Shown here piece after piece: positions 23,958-36,699 of a DNA stretch of 64,000 bases (positions are counted from its first letter, which is position 1; each line of letters starts with the position of its first letter). This stretch comes from Octopus sinensis. Lineage: Eukaryota. The notes under the pieces are model-generated. The model was not told the DNA's origin. It saw nothing but the letters and a program-made list of their open reading frames with translations, and searched no databases. Both the position numbers and the translations under genes were made by a program. The DNA is taken from contig NC_042997.1 in the NCBI RefSeq assembly GCF_006345805.1, positions 7,316,001 to 7,380,000 on the forward strand, read 5' to 3'.

Positions 23958-24899
23958 CAACAATTGAGGTAAAATTAATTAATTATTAATCAATTTCACC
24001 AAGTATTCAGTATGTAAAGGGACCATTTTAGGCGAATTCAAAATATTACATTATATATAAGGGCTTAGTAAAATAAATTACTTTGCCACATACTGAACTC
24101 ATTAGAAATAGCAGCTAAAGAAATTTCTTTAGCTATTTCTAATACTTAAAGAAGATCTCTCTCAGATAGTGTTTGCTCAAACCAACTCACAAAGGTATGG
24201 GGGAAAAAACATAAAAAAATCAAGTGCAAAGGTTATTTGAGAACGTACGTTTCTAGATTAGTCAAATCGACATTTCTTTCGTCAGCTCAGAACTCCTTGA
24301 TTCCGATTTGGGAACACTGAAAGTGGGAGCATACCCTTTTGGCTTCTTATCACCTCTAGAATTCTGCTCGAACTAAAAGTGCTTTCAAATTCAAAATATG
24401 CAAGCGAAGAATTTCTGCTCTCCCCTTTCCACCAGCGTGGGTTGAAATTGATAAACACTATGTTTTATCGGTGAAAACCGGAGCATTAAACAGAGAGAAA
24501 TGAATTATAATTTCAACAATTGAGGGTAAAATTAATTAATTATTAATCAATTTCACCAAGTATTCAGTATGTAAAGGGACCATTTTAGGCGAATTCAAAA
24601 TATTACATTATATATAAGGGCTTAGTAAAATAAATTACTTTCAGTGTTCCCAAATCCGAATCAAGGAGTTCTGAGCTGACGAAAGAAATGTCGATTTGAC
24701 TAATCTAGAAACGTACGTTCTCAAATAACCTTTGCACTTGATTTTTGAATGTTTTTTTCCCCCATACCTTTGTGAGTTGGTTTGAGCAAACACTATCTGA
24801 GAGAGATCTTGAAGTATTAGAAATAGCTAAAGAAATTTCTTTAGCTGCTATTTCTAATGAGTTCAGTATGTGGCAAAGTAATTTATTTTACTAAGCCCT

Positions 24900-24908
<9 letters not shown>
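23955..24908. mobile_element. Young non-coding Penelope-like/retrozyme-like unit (about 555 bp) with partial tandem and inverted copies, inserted in (TA)n
   Basis: 23955-24083 is repeated directly at 24510-24640. About 24050-24323 is repeated inverted at about 24637-24908. Copies are near-identical. A diverged relative lies at 51378-51898. Confidence 0.85.
24672..24723 (+). ncRNA. Minimal type I hammerhead-like motif (mirror copy at 24238-24289, minus strand)
   Basis: UGAG - CUGACGA - aagaaauGUCgauuuGACuaaucua - GAAA - CGUACG - UU - CUCA. Palindromic ACGUACGU stem/loop III. The base of stem II is imperfect. Confidence 0.65.
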
Positions 24909-24930
<22 letters not shown>

Positions 24931-24963
24931 ATATAATATATATATAATATATATATATTATTA

Positions 24964-25393
<430 letters not shown>

Positions 25394-25408
25394 TATATAT
25401 ACATATAC

Positions 25409-25469
<61 letters not shown>

Positions 25470-26399
25470 TACAGATATATATATAAATACATATATATAT
25501 TTTTATATATATATATAATATATATATATATATACATACTTATATGTTTGTATAGTACGCATATATACATATATACATTTAAAGAATACGGTTCTGTATC
25601 TTTATTTACATATATTTGTATGAATATGTGTGCAAGTGTGTATTTGTGTATGTGTAACACGCATGCGCGCAACATACGTACGTGGAGCTATTTTACTTGA
25701 TTTTATATCGGTGTCGATACCATCTCCTTGCAATTTTTCTACATATTTGCCTGTACAACGTTGCCTGCAGCTTGATATATTAATATCTTCATGTCTGTTT
25801 TGTTTCTTTTATATGTGTTTTTAGTGAATTATTGACAATTTATGTGATCAAAATTGTTCATCTGCCAAACAATATCAAAAAGCAAGTAAATCATACTTGA
25901 TTGCTTCTCATACAAATATTCGAGGTGGTAACACCAATTTCCTATCGATCAATCAACACGTAATTTTAAAAATATTCATTGTCTTCTATAAACCAGTATT
26001 TCTATTTATTTACTTCGCACACATTTCTTCATTTTGTTCTTTCTTGGCATTGTACTTTCTACTACAGAATGTTCTGTGTGAATGTTTTCTGAACGTCTTT
26101 TCTATCGTCCCGATATGTTTTTTATTTCCCTGCTTTCCGTGTTCTGTTTTTTATTTTATTTTATTTCTTTTTATTTTCAGTATGCGAGTATGCGAGTAAG
26201 TGGATTCCATCGCCTGCTACACATGTAACTCGTAATTTAACTCTCTCATGACGCCATTCTACATGAATTACTCTCAGAGTAACATATACTCAAGGAAATA
26301 ACTAGAGTCGCCTTCGCAATCATTTACATACTTTTCTAAAGAAGTTCGTACGCGCGCACATGCACGCACACGCATACTATTGCTAATCGTTTACTCTGT

Positions 26400-26626
26400 T
26401 AGTTGTTTCAGTCATTTGACTGTGGCCATGCTGTAACATCGGATTGAGTCGAGCAAATCAAACCCAGAACTTGTTCTTTGTAAGCGCACTACTTATATCG
26501 GGCTCTTTTGTCGAACCACTAAGTTATGGGGACGCAAGCACACCAGCATCGGATCGGTTGTCAAGCTTTACAAGGGGGGGGGGGCAGATACAGACACACA
26601 AATATATACACACACATATATGCATT

Positions 26627-26691
<65 letters not shown>

Positions 26692-26866
26692 ATATACATA
26701 TATACGACGGGCTTCATTCAGTTTGCGTCTACCAAACCCACTCACAAGGTATGGTCGGCCCGAGGCCATAGTAGAAGAAACTTGCCCAAGGTGGCACGCA
26801 GTGGGACTGAACCCGGAACCATGTGGTTCATAACAAGCTACTTACCACACACCAACTCCTACACCT
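26400..26866 (-). mobile_element. SINE family B, full length
   Basis: Reverse complement matches 41910-42285 and extends to the tail cagcatggccacagtcaaatgactgaaac. Confidence 0.92.
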
Positions 26867-27349
26867 ATTATGTTCATATTCATATGTTTTTATGCATATA
26901 TATGTGTGTGTGTGTGTAGTCTTTTGACTATCACCGATCAGTGAATCCTAACGTGGTACTAAATGGTGACATTTGGAATATTTTAAATGCATAATTCCTG
27001 TATATTCACCTTATGAGAATGTTTTTTTTCTTTGCACATAATGTAATCATCAATAAATCTTTTTTGAAACAGCTGTAGTGACAGAACTGTCAGATGTTAT
27101 TTATTAATATATAAATATCTATATCTTTTTAATGATTTACTTTGGTTTGTCCGCTGGGAGTTGACCATGCTGCGACACAGCCTTGCCTCCTGATATGGAT
27201 TTCTATGTGTGTATATAAATAAATACAAATATTTACATATTTACGTCTGTTTATTCATAAGCTTTTGTGCGTGGAAGACGACTGTTTGTGTATATATATA
27301 TATATATACATATGTATATACATGTATATCCAATATGTATATGTATATA

Positions 27350-27411
<62 letters not shown>

Positions 27412-27461
27412 ATATATATATATATATATATCTATATATAATATGTATATACATATATATA

Positions 27462-27501
<40 letters not shown>

Positions 27502-27530
27502 TATATATATAGTTATACATATATATATTA

Positions 27531-27581
<51 letters not shown>

Positions 27582-27938
27582 GAATATATATATATATATA
27601 TATTATATATTATATATATATTATATATATATATATATAATTTGTATGTATGTATATATAAGACTGTTTACTTCTATTTTCTACATATAAGACTCCACAA
27701 ACTTGTAGAAAATGAAATAAACAGTCTTTGACTGCTATTTCTAATTTTTTTCGGTATTTGGTTAACCAACCTGTTGCCTGCCTTTTTTATTTTTATACAA
27801 TATATATATTGAACTTTAAAGAAGTTCCTACTGTTAATGGTTATATTTACATGCCGAAATCTACCAGTAAAATTGTTGTTTTTTAAAAAACCATTAAAAC
27901 TGTTATTTACTCTTATTATACTATATATATATATATAC

Positions 27939-27970
<32 letters not shown>

Positions 27971-28169
27971 ATATATATATTATATATATATATTATATAT
28001 ATATAAATTTGTATGTACGCATATGTTCACGTCTATGCGCATTCAGTGTAAGAAAATATGGAAACAGTCATTCCAGAAATTTTATAAATACTCAGTGCTA
28101 TAGGAACAATCACCAAAAATCCGTAATAGTTGCAAATAGTTGCAAAGTCACAGAGATGTAACATATTTT

Positions 28170-28500
28170 CAGGTCCCAGTTTCAGTCCAATTGTGTGGCA
28201 CCTAGGGCATGTGTCTCCTATTATAGCATCAGGCCGACGGAAGCCATCTGTGTCAATTGTTCGTATATATGTTGTGTATTTATGCGTGTCTTTTGTGTCT
28301 GTGTTTGTCTTCCACCACCACTTGACAATCGGTGTTTGTGTTTTTAAGTTCCTGCAGACTAGTGGTTCGGCAAAAGAGACAATAGAATAAGTACCACGCT
28401 TGACAAATAATTATGTGGTTGAATTATTCAATAAAATAAAAATAATTACAAGGTACTGTTGCATCGGGTCCGCATTCGAATATCTCAATCAAGTAAAATA
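28170..28500 (+). mobile_element. SINE family B, diverged
   Basis: ttcagtcc...tggcacctagggcatgtgtctcctattatagc...cttgacaatcggtg...ggttcggcaaaagagac.atagaataagtac. Confidence 0.8.
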
Positions 28501-29277
28501 TAAAAGATAATTGCAAAACTGTCATATAAGTATATATCCTTATAGTAAGCGATATCTGCACAGAATATCTTGTGTCCTTTAATTGGAGCAATAAAATATC
28601 CCACATCTTGCTATCACGAGAGTTGAGGAAATAGAGGAAGCCTTATCAACATTTATGTGTAAGAAGAGGTTGGGATATCATGTCATTATGACCTCCGTTT
28701 AGTTTTTTTTTTATCTGTATATACATAGATTCCTGTCACTGATTTATATTATCATTATTGTGTTTGTGTATCAAATTCCAATAGTTCTTGATTAGGTGCA
28801 ATTTAGATGTGAAATACATTTTGTGGCAAATTACCATAATGCTTGTTATTACGATTTATATCTCACACAATTTAGAAAGAATATGTTTTTTTCTTCTAAA
28901 GCATCAGAACAAAGTATGTTATACAGATAATATTATTTAAATTCTAGACCAATGATGGACTAAAATAAAATAAGAAGTCAAATAAAGAATGGCCGAGAAT
29001 ATACCGTAATATATTCTGCAATAACTCGATTTTGAAATATCTTCATTCAAGTCGAAATAGAAGTTCACGATTATATTTTGTGGTATGTTTCATTTGACGG
29101 ATAGTTAAAATTACTATTTTCGGAATTTAGCAGATGAAAGAACACTAAAATTTATTTACGTATGCTTTTTCGACAAGATACGAATTTTGTACTTATCTAA
29201 CGGTGCCTCAAACACAAATTTGAATTTATGCCTATTAGTGCAATATTATTGAAAAGTTTTTATATATGTAGTGTATA

Positions 29278-29367
<90 letters not shown>

Positions 29368-29461
29368 GTGGGGAAGGTTAACGAAAATAAACAAAAGATG
29401 AAGGCAGGTGGAGTACAAACAAATGAATTAGTATGGCGCTCAGGAATAGAAATAGAACAAG

Positions 29462-29499
29462 TCTTTTACGTTTCGAGCCTACGATCTTCGACAGAAAGA
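29462..29499 (-). ncRNA. Ultra-minimal type I hammerhead-like motif with atypical U6
   Basis: Minus strand reads UCUUU - CUGUCGA - A - GAuC guag GCUC - GAAA - CG - UA - AAAGA. Stem I is a perfect 5 bp and ACGU is palindromic. Confidence 0.6.
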
Positions 29500-29750
29500 T
29501 ACACAGAAAAGAAACAGGGAGAGAAAAAAATGTGTATAGGAGCTAACGGTCTATCATAGCGTTCTGACTTCAGGCAGAGATCAGAGGTCAGACGTTAGAC
29601 GCTAGATGGATAGTAGGGGAGATAACAGGGTCAAGTGACTTCCAAAACGAAGGTGGCCCCAACACGAAGGTGTGTGTATAAGAGAGTATGTATGTGCGTG
29701 TGAAAGAGGGCTGGTGGTCTGGACGTGTGTATGTATGCATGTGTGGATGT

Positions 29751-29801
<51 letters not shown>

Positions 29802-30339
29802 TGAGAAATCAAAAAAGGAAATTGCACACACTTTACATAGTTTTAGCATAATTTCTTACGTATCTTGTATTGTGTTTTTCGACCGGTTTCGCTTTCGTTA
29901 TTCATGACATAAAAAACTTATTTCAATACGTATTTTCATAAGAAGAAAGTTTTTGGTCCATATTTTGTGTGAAATTTATGAGTGAAAGATTCAACAAGTA
30001 GAAAACTAATGGGAGGTAATTGGTTATCGTTATTATTTTGGGCAGTCGAGAAAACTCTTCAGCTATCGGTTTGGGGGTGGAAAAATATATATACACACAC
30101 AAGTTCGGGAATTAGTTTAGTGGAGATATATATGTACAGTGATGTAATCTTGAATTAAAATACGTAAGGAGATGAAAGCTGTTTATGCGTTCATTTTTAG
30201 ACATGGTTTGAATCTTTTCGATAAAATAAGTTTATTTAATCTTTCTTGTTGGGAAATTATATGTGAAATTTCGTTTGATACTACCTGCACATTTCTCTAT
30301 GTGTTCACTTAAAGGAATTTGTCGGTATTGCGAGAACGG

Positions 30340-30920
30340 GATCTGCTCTTTATGTAGCATGGTTCCCCGCCCGCCTTAAAGTCATATATCTCGGTTGAAG
30401 GAACAATTCTGAAAGTGGTAGAAAAGTTTGCCTACCTGGGCAGCCGTTCTTACTCCCTGGACGATGAAAAAGTTTTCAGGCTATAGGGACCAACTGATTA
30501 CTTCCGGTCTCTTCAGTCTCGTGTCTGGTTCCAGCATGGTATTACAAATCAAAGAAAATTGATGTGCACTGTGCATGTGTACTGACATCGCTCCTTTATT
30601 AATCTAAGACATGGACCCTTTAGAAACGTCACGTTTAGAAATGTCCTTGAACGCTTTCATCAGAGATGTCTCAGACACATTCTGAATGTTGACTGGACCT
30701 TAAAATTTCCAGGCACACAGGTCATGAGGACAGCTGATATCTTGAATGTTGAGGTGATGTGAACCAACAACATTTACGTTGGACCTTATTAGAATGAACG
30801 ATAGCAGGATCTCTAAGCAGATGTTATATGGGGAACTTGTGAATGGAAAGAGATACCGGTAGAAATCAAGGCTGCGATTTAAGGACTGTGTCAATTCCTC
30901 ATTAAAGTCCTGTATTAAGC
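30340..30920 (+). mobile_element. RTE (BovB-like) LINE RT/C-terminal remnant
   Basis: ISVEGTILKVVEKFAYLGS, LERFHQRCLRHILNVDW, LIRMNDSRISKQMLYGELVNGKR and RLRFKDCV, interrupted by stops and frameshifts. Confidence 0.88.
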
Positions 30921-31343
30921 AGGAGAACAAGAGAGAAATTTGATTACGGGCCAAGGATACACGCGCAAGTTTTACACTATTGAGTAATCGGTGAAAATCC
31001 TTCTGCCCAGAAAATTTATAGGAATTTCATATGTATATAGGAAACCTCACACATATAAAATAAAATATTAAATATAAAAAGATGGCGATTCTATATTTTT
31101 CTTTATTGTAGAATTTTTTATTTACTGCTGTTTCCAGTAATTTTATACGTTCGTTATTGATAGGATTACTCAATAGACCCATTGATCGGTTGAGAAAAAT
31201 CGAACGACATTGAAAATTGATATTGATTTCGTCATAGGCATTTCTGGTTATAAGCAAGCTGACCACTGAAAGAATGGTACAAGCAAGGGGACGGGAGCAC
31301 AGAGGAGCAATATATATATATATATATGTATGTGTGCGTGTGA

Positions 31344-31404
<61 letters not shown>

Positions 31405-31408
<4 letters not shown>

Positions 31409-31822
31409 GTGTTTCGCAACATATGTTTGTAGCACATAATAACGTGCTTTGTGTCTATTAAATATTATTTCTCACCAGATGGAGTACATTTTCTGATGAT
31501 CTTACCATTACGAGATAGTACATCACACACACATACGCACACACATACACGTAACATTAATGTAACACCAGGTTAAATATAATTACTATAAACAGTATAT
31601 ACATCTACATGTATATATATATATAGATGTATATACCGTTAATATTAATTATATATAACCTGCTGTTACATTAATGTTACGGGTATGTGTGTGCGTATGT
31701 GTGATGTACTATTCCGTGATGGTAAGATCAACAGAAAATGTACTCCATCTGGTGAGAAATAATATTTAATAGACACAAAGCACGTTATTATGTGCTACAA
31801 ACATATGTTGCGAAACACCACA
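31405..31822. repeat. Palindrome of about 418 bp centred on a TA tract
   Basis: tgtggtgtttcgcaacatatgtttgtagcacataataacgtgctttgtgtc... is mirrored by ...gacacaaagcacgttattatgtgctacaaacatatgttgcgaaacaccaca. The outer ~90 bp appear identical and the inner part is diverged. Confidence 0.95.
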
Positions 31823-31824
31823 GG

Positions 31825-32795
31825 CACACTCATCAATCACACTTATCGGGCACATACAAAAATCATAAAGAACCCACAATCAAACAGGGGAAGAAACGCA
31901 AAATGCCGAGAAGGAGTCACGCAGAAAACGTCAGAAAACGTAAAACAAAAATCGGAAAATGTAAATGTAGTTTAAGGGATGGAGTAATACATAATCTCTC
32001 TGATATTAATCAGAATGGTAATAATAGACCTAAAAAGAGGACAAAGAGAATTGTTTGGTTCGTCCTTTCCATTACTGACATAAGTAAAGGATTTCTGTCT
32101 CCCCTAGACATACCTTCCTGGTAACTCACACGTACCAGAAGATATTTAATAAGCGTTCTATAATGTTGTCATCTGACTGCTTCCCCGGTATGGGGTGTGT
32201 CGTTGCTTGGGGTCGGTTCCGGAAACTTGGGTCTGGTTGCGGCTTGAATAGCGATGTGTGATAGAATCTGTTATGTATGAGTCAGAAGTTGCTGCAACCC
32301 TGGATGATATTGCATTAGATAAGAACATCTATTTTGGATTGTGCAAGGGTGACTCTGAGAGTCCCCGTTCAGGTTGCATGATTTACTTCTTGCATGGGGA
32401 CGGGGGCAAAGTTGCTGAGCTGGCTGGCTGCGTGTGTAAGTTATGTTTTGCTGAAAGAGCTCCGATCCTTTCCAGATTTAGGATCTTTATCTCAGTACTT
32501 AACACTTGATATGTATTTTTCAGCGGTTCTAAACATATGTCGAATTACATTTTGAAGGGTTGGAAGCATCCGCCTGTGCCTAATTTACATGATGATGTCT
32601 TTCGGGCCTTGTGGTTTGGGGTCTGAGATAGGGGATATTTTTTTTACCTTATTTGTTTTTAATGTTTACTTGTTCGGTTCATGTTTTTCTTGTTTGATTT
32701 TTTGAGGTTTTCTGTGTGATTCCCTCCCGGCTTTTCCTCTCTCAATCGATTGTCGGTTCTTTATGATATGAGGTTTGTGATTGATGAGTGTGTGA
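31825..32795 (-). mobile_element. Segment bounded by diverged inverted repeats, possibly the 5' part of a Penelope-like element
   Basis: cacactcatcaatcaca...atcataaagaacc...tcacgcagaaaac (31825-31960) is inverted at about 32680-32795. Inside, the minus strand has a frameshifted FLSxC-NIIP-GL-like peptide resembling Penelope N-termini. Confidence 0.45.
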
Positions 32796-33717
32796 AGCTG
32801 TTGGTAACACATAATTGTACGTATTAGCCTACTAAATGATATGTATGTGCTTGTGTGTGCGTGTGTATATATGTGTGTGTTTTTATGTTCAGGTCAATTA
32901 TAATAAATGCGTGTGTGAAGGCACGCGGCTTAGTGATTGGATTATTCGTCTCACAATACTGAGGGCTATCCGAGATATCGAAATAGTCCACTTGGAAGGC
33001 CTCCGAGACAGCGGAAGGACGATCTAGTTAAGAAATTTCGATCACGATAGAAAAGAATGATGCATTCAAGACAGAACTGAATTGGAAGCATATTGTGACC
33101 AGTGTTAGATAACATCATCTAATGGCGTGTTTGATACTGTGATATAATATATATAAATCGAACAAAAACGCAATAGAGGACAGTAACACATTCGGACAGA
33201 TAGATGATAAAAAGGCGGACAAGAGAAACGGCAATTACAAGGACAGGCAAAAAAAGACGGGTCATTCGTAGTCTTTTTCCTCAGTCAAGTAACAGAAGTC
33301 ATGACCGTTTGGGGCAGTTACACTTGACGGTTGGATCTGGTTGCCCCCAAATAACTTTAAGCTAAATCATTAGACCCCTTTGTAAGAAGCCTAGCGAATG
33401 TGTACGGCAACAAAGAAAAAAACGGAGAACGTGGTACACAAAAAGACAAAAACGGATTACACAATTACGAATACAAATAACAAGAAAAGGTGCCTTTCGA
33501 CTGAGAACGAATCCAATTCAACTGGCATGATACCCTAAAGGCAGGAATATAGGAGATGGATATAAGAGGTGTTGGCGGTCGGCAGTCAGGCCAAGAAAGA
33601 ATGATAATGGCTGGCCGGACACCGGTCACGCGGAGGGAGGTGGGAGGGGTAAAGGCAGTGTAATTGAAGGATTATAAAGAAATCAGGAAGAGAAAGGTGC
33701 AGGGAAAAGTATATATA

Positions 33718-33813
<96 letters not shown>

Positions 33814-33834
33814 ATTGCATATATATATATATAA

Positions 33835-33889
<55 letters not shown>

Positions 33890-33910
33890 CATACATATAT
33901 ATATATGCAT

Positions 33911-33942
<32 letters not shown>

Positions 33943-33990
33943 TATATATATATATATATATGTATATGCATACATATACGTATGTAATTT

Positions 33991-34024
<34 letters not shown>

Positions 34025-34082
34025 ATATATATATTATATATAAATATATATACGTATATATATATACATATATACATATATA

Positions 34083-36080
34083 CACTCGCCAAAATAAGTT
34101 TAAGGTCGATGATAAGAGTCCTATATTTTCCATTAAATTGTTATTAACAAAACGGTATAAAATTATTCTACTTTCTACAGTTTATGTGGAATTCTTTTCT
34201 CTTTTGAATGATATAGGCATTATATATTATTCTACAATTTGAATAATTTTAATGCGCAATAAATTCAAATGATAAAAATATTTTTGTCAAAATAAATTTA
34301 AGACCGTACCACCATTATTTTCTTTAAATTCAAAATTTACGACACAAATGATCAACGAACGAAAATTTATTATTGGTATCTAGTTCCATAGCCTTTATTT
34401 TCAATTATAGCCTTACAAGCATACGAAATGGCGTTCGACAAATCAGCACAAAAAACTCACTTCTAATGTTCTGTTATATTTCTTCAATAAAATGATATAA
34501 TTGGCACACATGTGTTGCTTGTTTTTTAGCATGAACTCTTTTAGGAACGTAATTCCCTAAATTCATAAATTTTCTATTCGGATTCAAATCAGGGCTCTGC
34601 GGGGGTCACTCAGTAACCATCATACTAATGCACTCAGAATATTGCAAAACTTTCCTAGCCTTATTAACTAGGTTGTCCTATTGGAAAATAGATCCGGGTT
34701 GCATCTGATTATATAGATATGGCAGCACATTTCCATTTACTAATTGCAGATAACCTTCACTGTTCAGTCTGGCATCAACCCTAACAATTGGACTAATACC
34801 TAAGTTGTTACTCGTGGCCCACGCCGTTACCTCCAGAAACACACCTCCCGCTTGCCCCGTTTTCTCGACACACTTACGATGGAATTCTTCAGTTTGACAG
34901 CGTCTAACATATGTCCTTTCATCTGATCCAAAAATGCAGAAGTGGGATTCGTCGATACAAAGGACTTTTGACCAGACTTCGGCCGTCCATTCAGTATGGC
35001 TTTTAACAAACCTGATCCGCCTGCACCTGTTCGTCTCAGCAATTATCGGATTCTTTCGAGCGATGCGGCAGGACAGTCCAAATTCTGTAGGTGGTTTCAG
35101 ACGGTTTGCTGTGTGAAACTAATGCCAGTTTCACCAGATAAGTGGTTGGAAATGTCCACTGCCGTTAGCATTCGGCTAACTTCAGGGAGCCCATGAATTT
35201 GCCGATCCATCTTTACTGTTAAATTGGCCAGTGGTTTAGTAAAGTTTCCCTGCTTCAACACAAGCCGCATTGCTGCATCCTAATTGCTTGCTAATGTTCA
35301 TGAAGGAGACATACTGCTGATGAAGAAACACGATCTTTGATCTAGTAACTGGGCTGATACTGTGACGCTTTCCCATAGCGAATTAATACGTAACAATACT
35401 GGATTATTACACAAAACAGTGCAGTACTACCAACCATTTGGTTTACTAATATGCATAATCTTGGTACGGTCATAAACCTATTTGGCCAATAATTTCTAAT
35501 CGTTTAAATTAAGTGCGCAATAAAATTATTCGAATTGAAGAAAGATATATAAACCTTATATCATTCGAAAGAGGAAAAAAATCTACATATACTGTAACAA
35601 GTAAAATAATTTTATACAGTTTTGTTAAAGATATATTACTGAAGGAATCGTCTTGGAACTCCGTCGGTTACGACGAAGAGGGTTCCAGTTGGTCCGATCA
35701 ACAGAACAGCCTGCTCGTAAAATTAACGTGTAAGTGGCTGAACACTCCACTGACACGTGTACATTTAACGTAGTTCTCGGGGAGTTTCAGTGTAACACAG
35801 AGTGTTACATGTCTGGCCCTTTGAAATAAATGTGCAACAGAAACAGGAAGAAAGATTGAAAGTTGTACTGAAAGAATACCGCAGGGTTAGCCCTCAGCCT
35901 CTGCAAGAGCCTCGTGAAGCTTTCGGTATTTTCGATCAATAAACACTCACAACGCCCGATCCAGGAATCGAAACCGCGCTTCTGTGACAGCGTGTCCGCT
36001 GCCCTAACCATTGGCCCATTGCGCTCCACAGTGAAGGAATAGAACTGTCATCATCGGTCCTAAACTTATTTTGGCCAGTG
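34083..36080 (-). mobile_element. Tc1-family transposon of IR-DR type, decayed, carrying a nested SINE
   Basis: Outer TIRs cactcgccaaaataagtttaaggtcgatga and tcatcggtcctaaacttattttggccagtg. Inner repeats at 34286-34311 and 35462-35488. Transposase remnants MGKRHSISPVTRSKIVFLH...ISKQLGCS and RIARKNPII...WTAEVWSKVLCIDESHFCIFGSD at about 34800-35376. Confidence 0.9.
35649..36027 (-). mobile_element. SINE with a family A head and an alternative 3' tail, flanked by a 9-bp TSD
   Basis: Head ggagcgcaatgggccaatggttagggcagcgg on the minus strand. tgaaggaat occurs at both 35640-35648 and 36032-36040. Confidence 0.85.
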
Positions 36081-36699
36081 TTTATAAATTTATATATACA
36101 TATGTGTGTACGTAGGTAGGTAAGCAGTTATGTCTATATATGTCTTTAGGTGGAATGCATGATTCCATGATTTCGAAAAATCAAAATCAAAACATTGGTC
36201 ATATCATCAACATTGAAAAGTACGGAAATTACCATGATGTTGAGTATTCATTTATATTTCTTACAGTAAAAGTCTATATGCATAAACATCTGCTTTAACA
36301 TTATAATGAATTGTAAATCAAATGATGAACAATTTTCGAATGTAATTAGATATTTTTCGTTTGCAAACATTTAGAGAACAACAATAATATTGAAACAATA
36401 TACAAGATCAGATGAATGTGCATTTGAAATATAGTGATAGATAAAATTCAATGTAACTATAGCTGACTATATTACGTTACAATTTATTCTCTCGTTGGCA
36501 GTAAAATTAATAGGGTGTTGTCTTTAATATTGTTTGCATAAGTAAACAAATTTACAGTACATCACCCTTCTGTGCAACGTCAATGAATATGTAGCTTAGT
36601 ATCGACCATGAACAGAAGTTGTAAATATAGAATATCGTTTAGTGCATCTGTACGAGTCAGAAAACTCATCTAAAATTAATCAGTAATATTAGTTAATAT

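Noticed and set aside
27661-27727. Small imperfect hairpin agactgttta...taaacagtct
   Set aside because: Real but short and AT-rich. No class or function can be assigned.
31700-31750. Stem-loop followed by GAAA...UC in the 31.4-kb palindrome
   Set aside because: No CUGANGA-like strand at the required position.
33255-33300. Minus-strand CUGAGGA here, and CUGAUGA near 39034-39040
   Set aside because: No correctly placed GAAA or closing stems.
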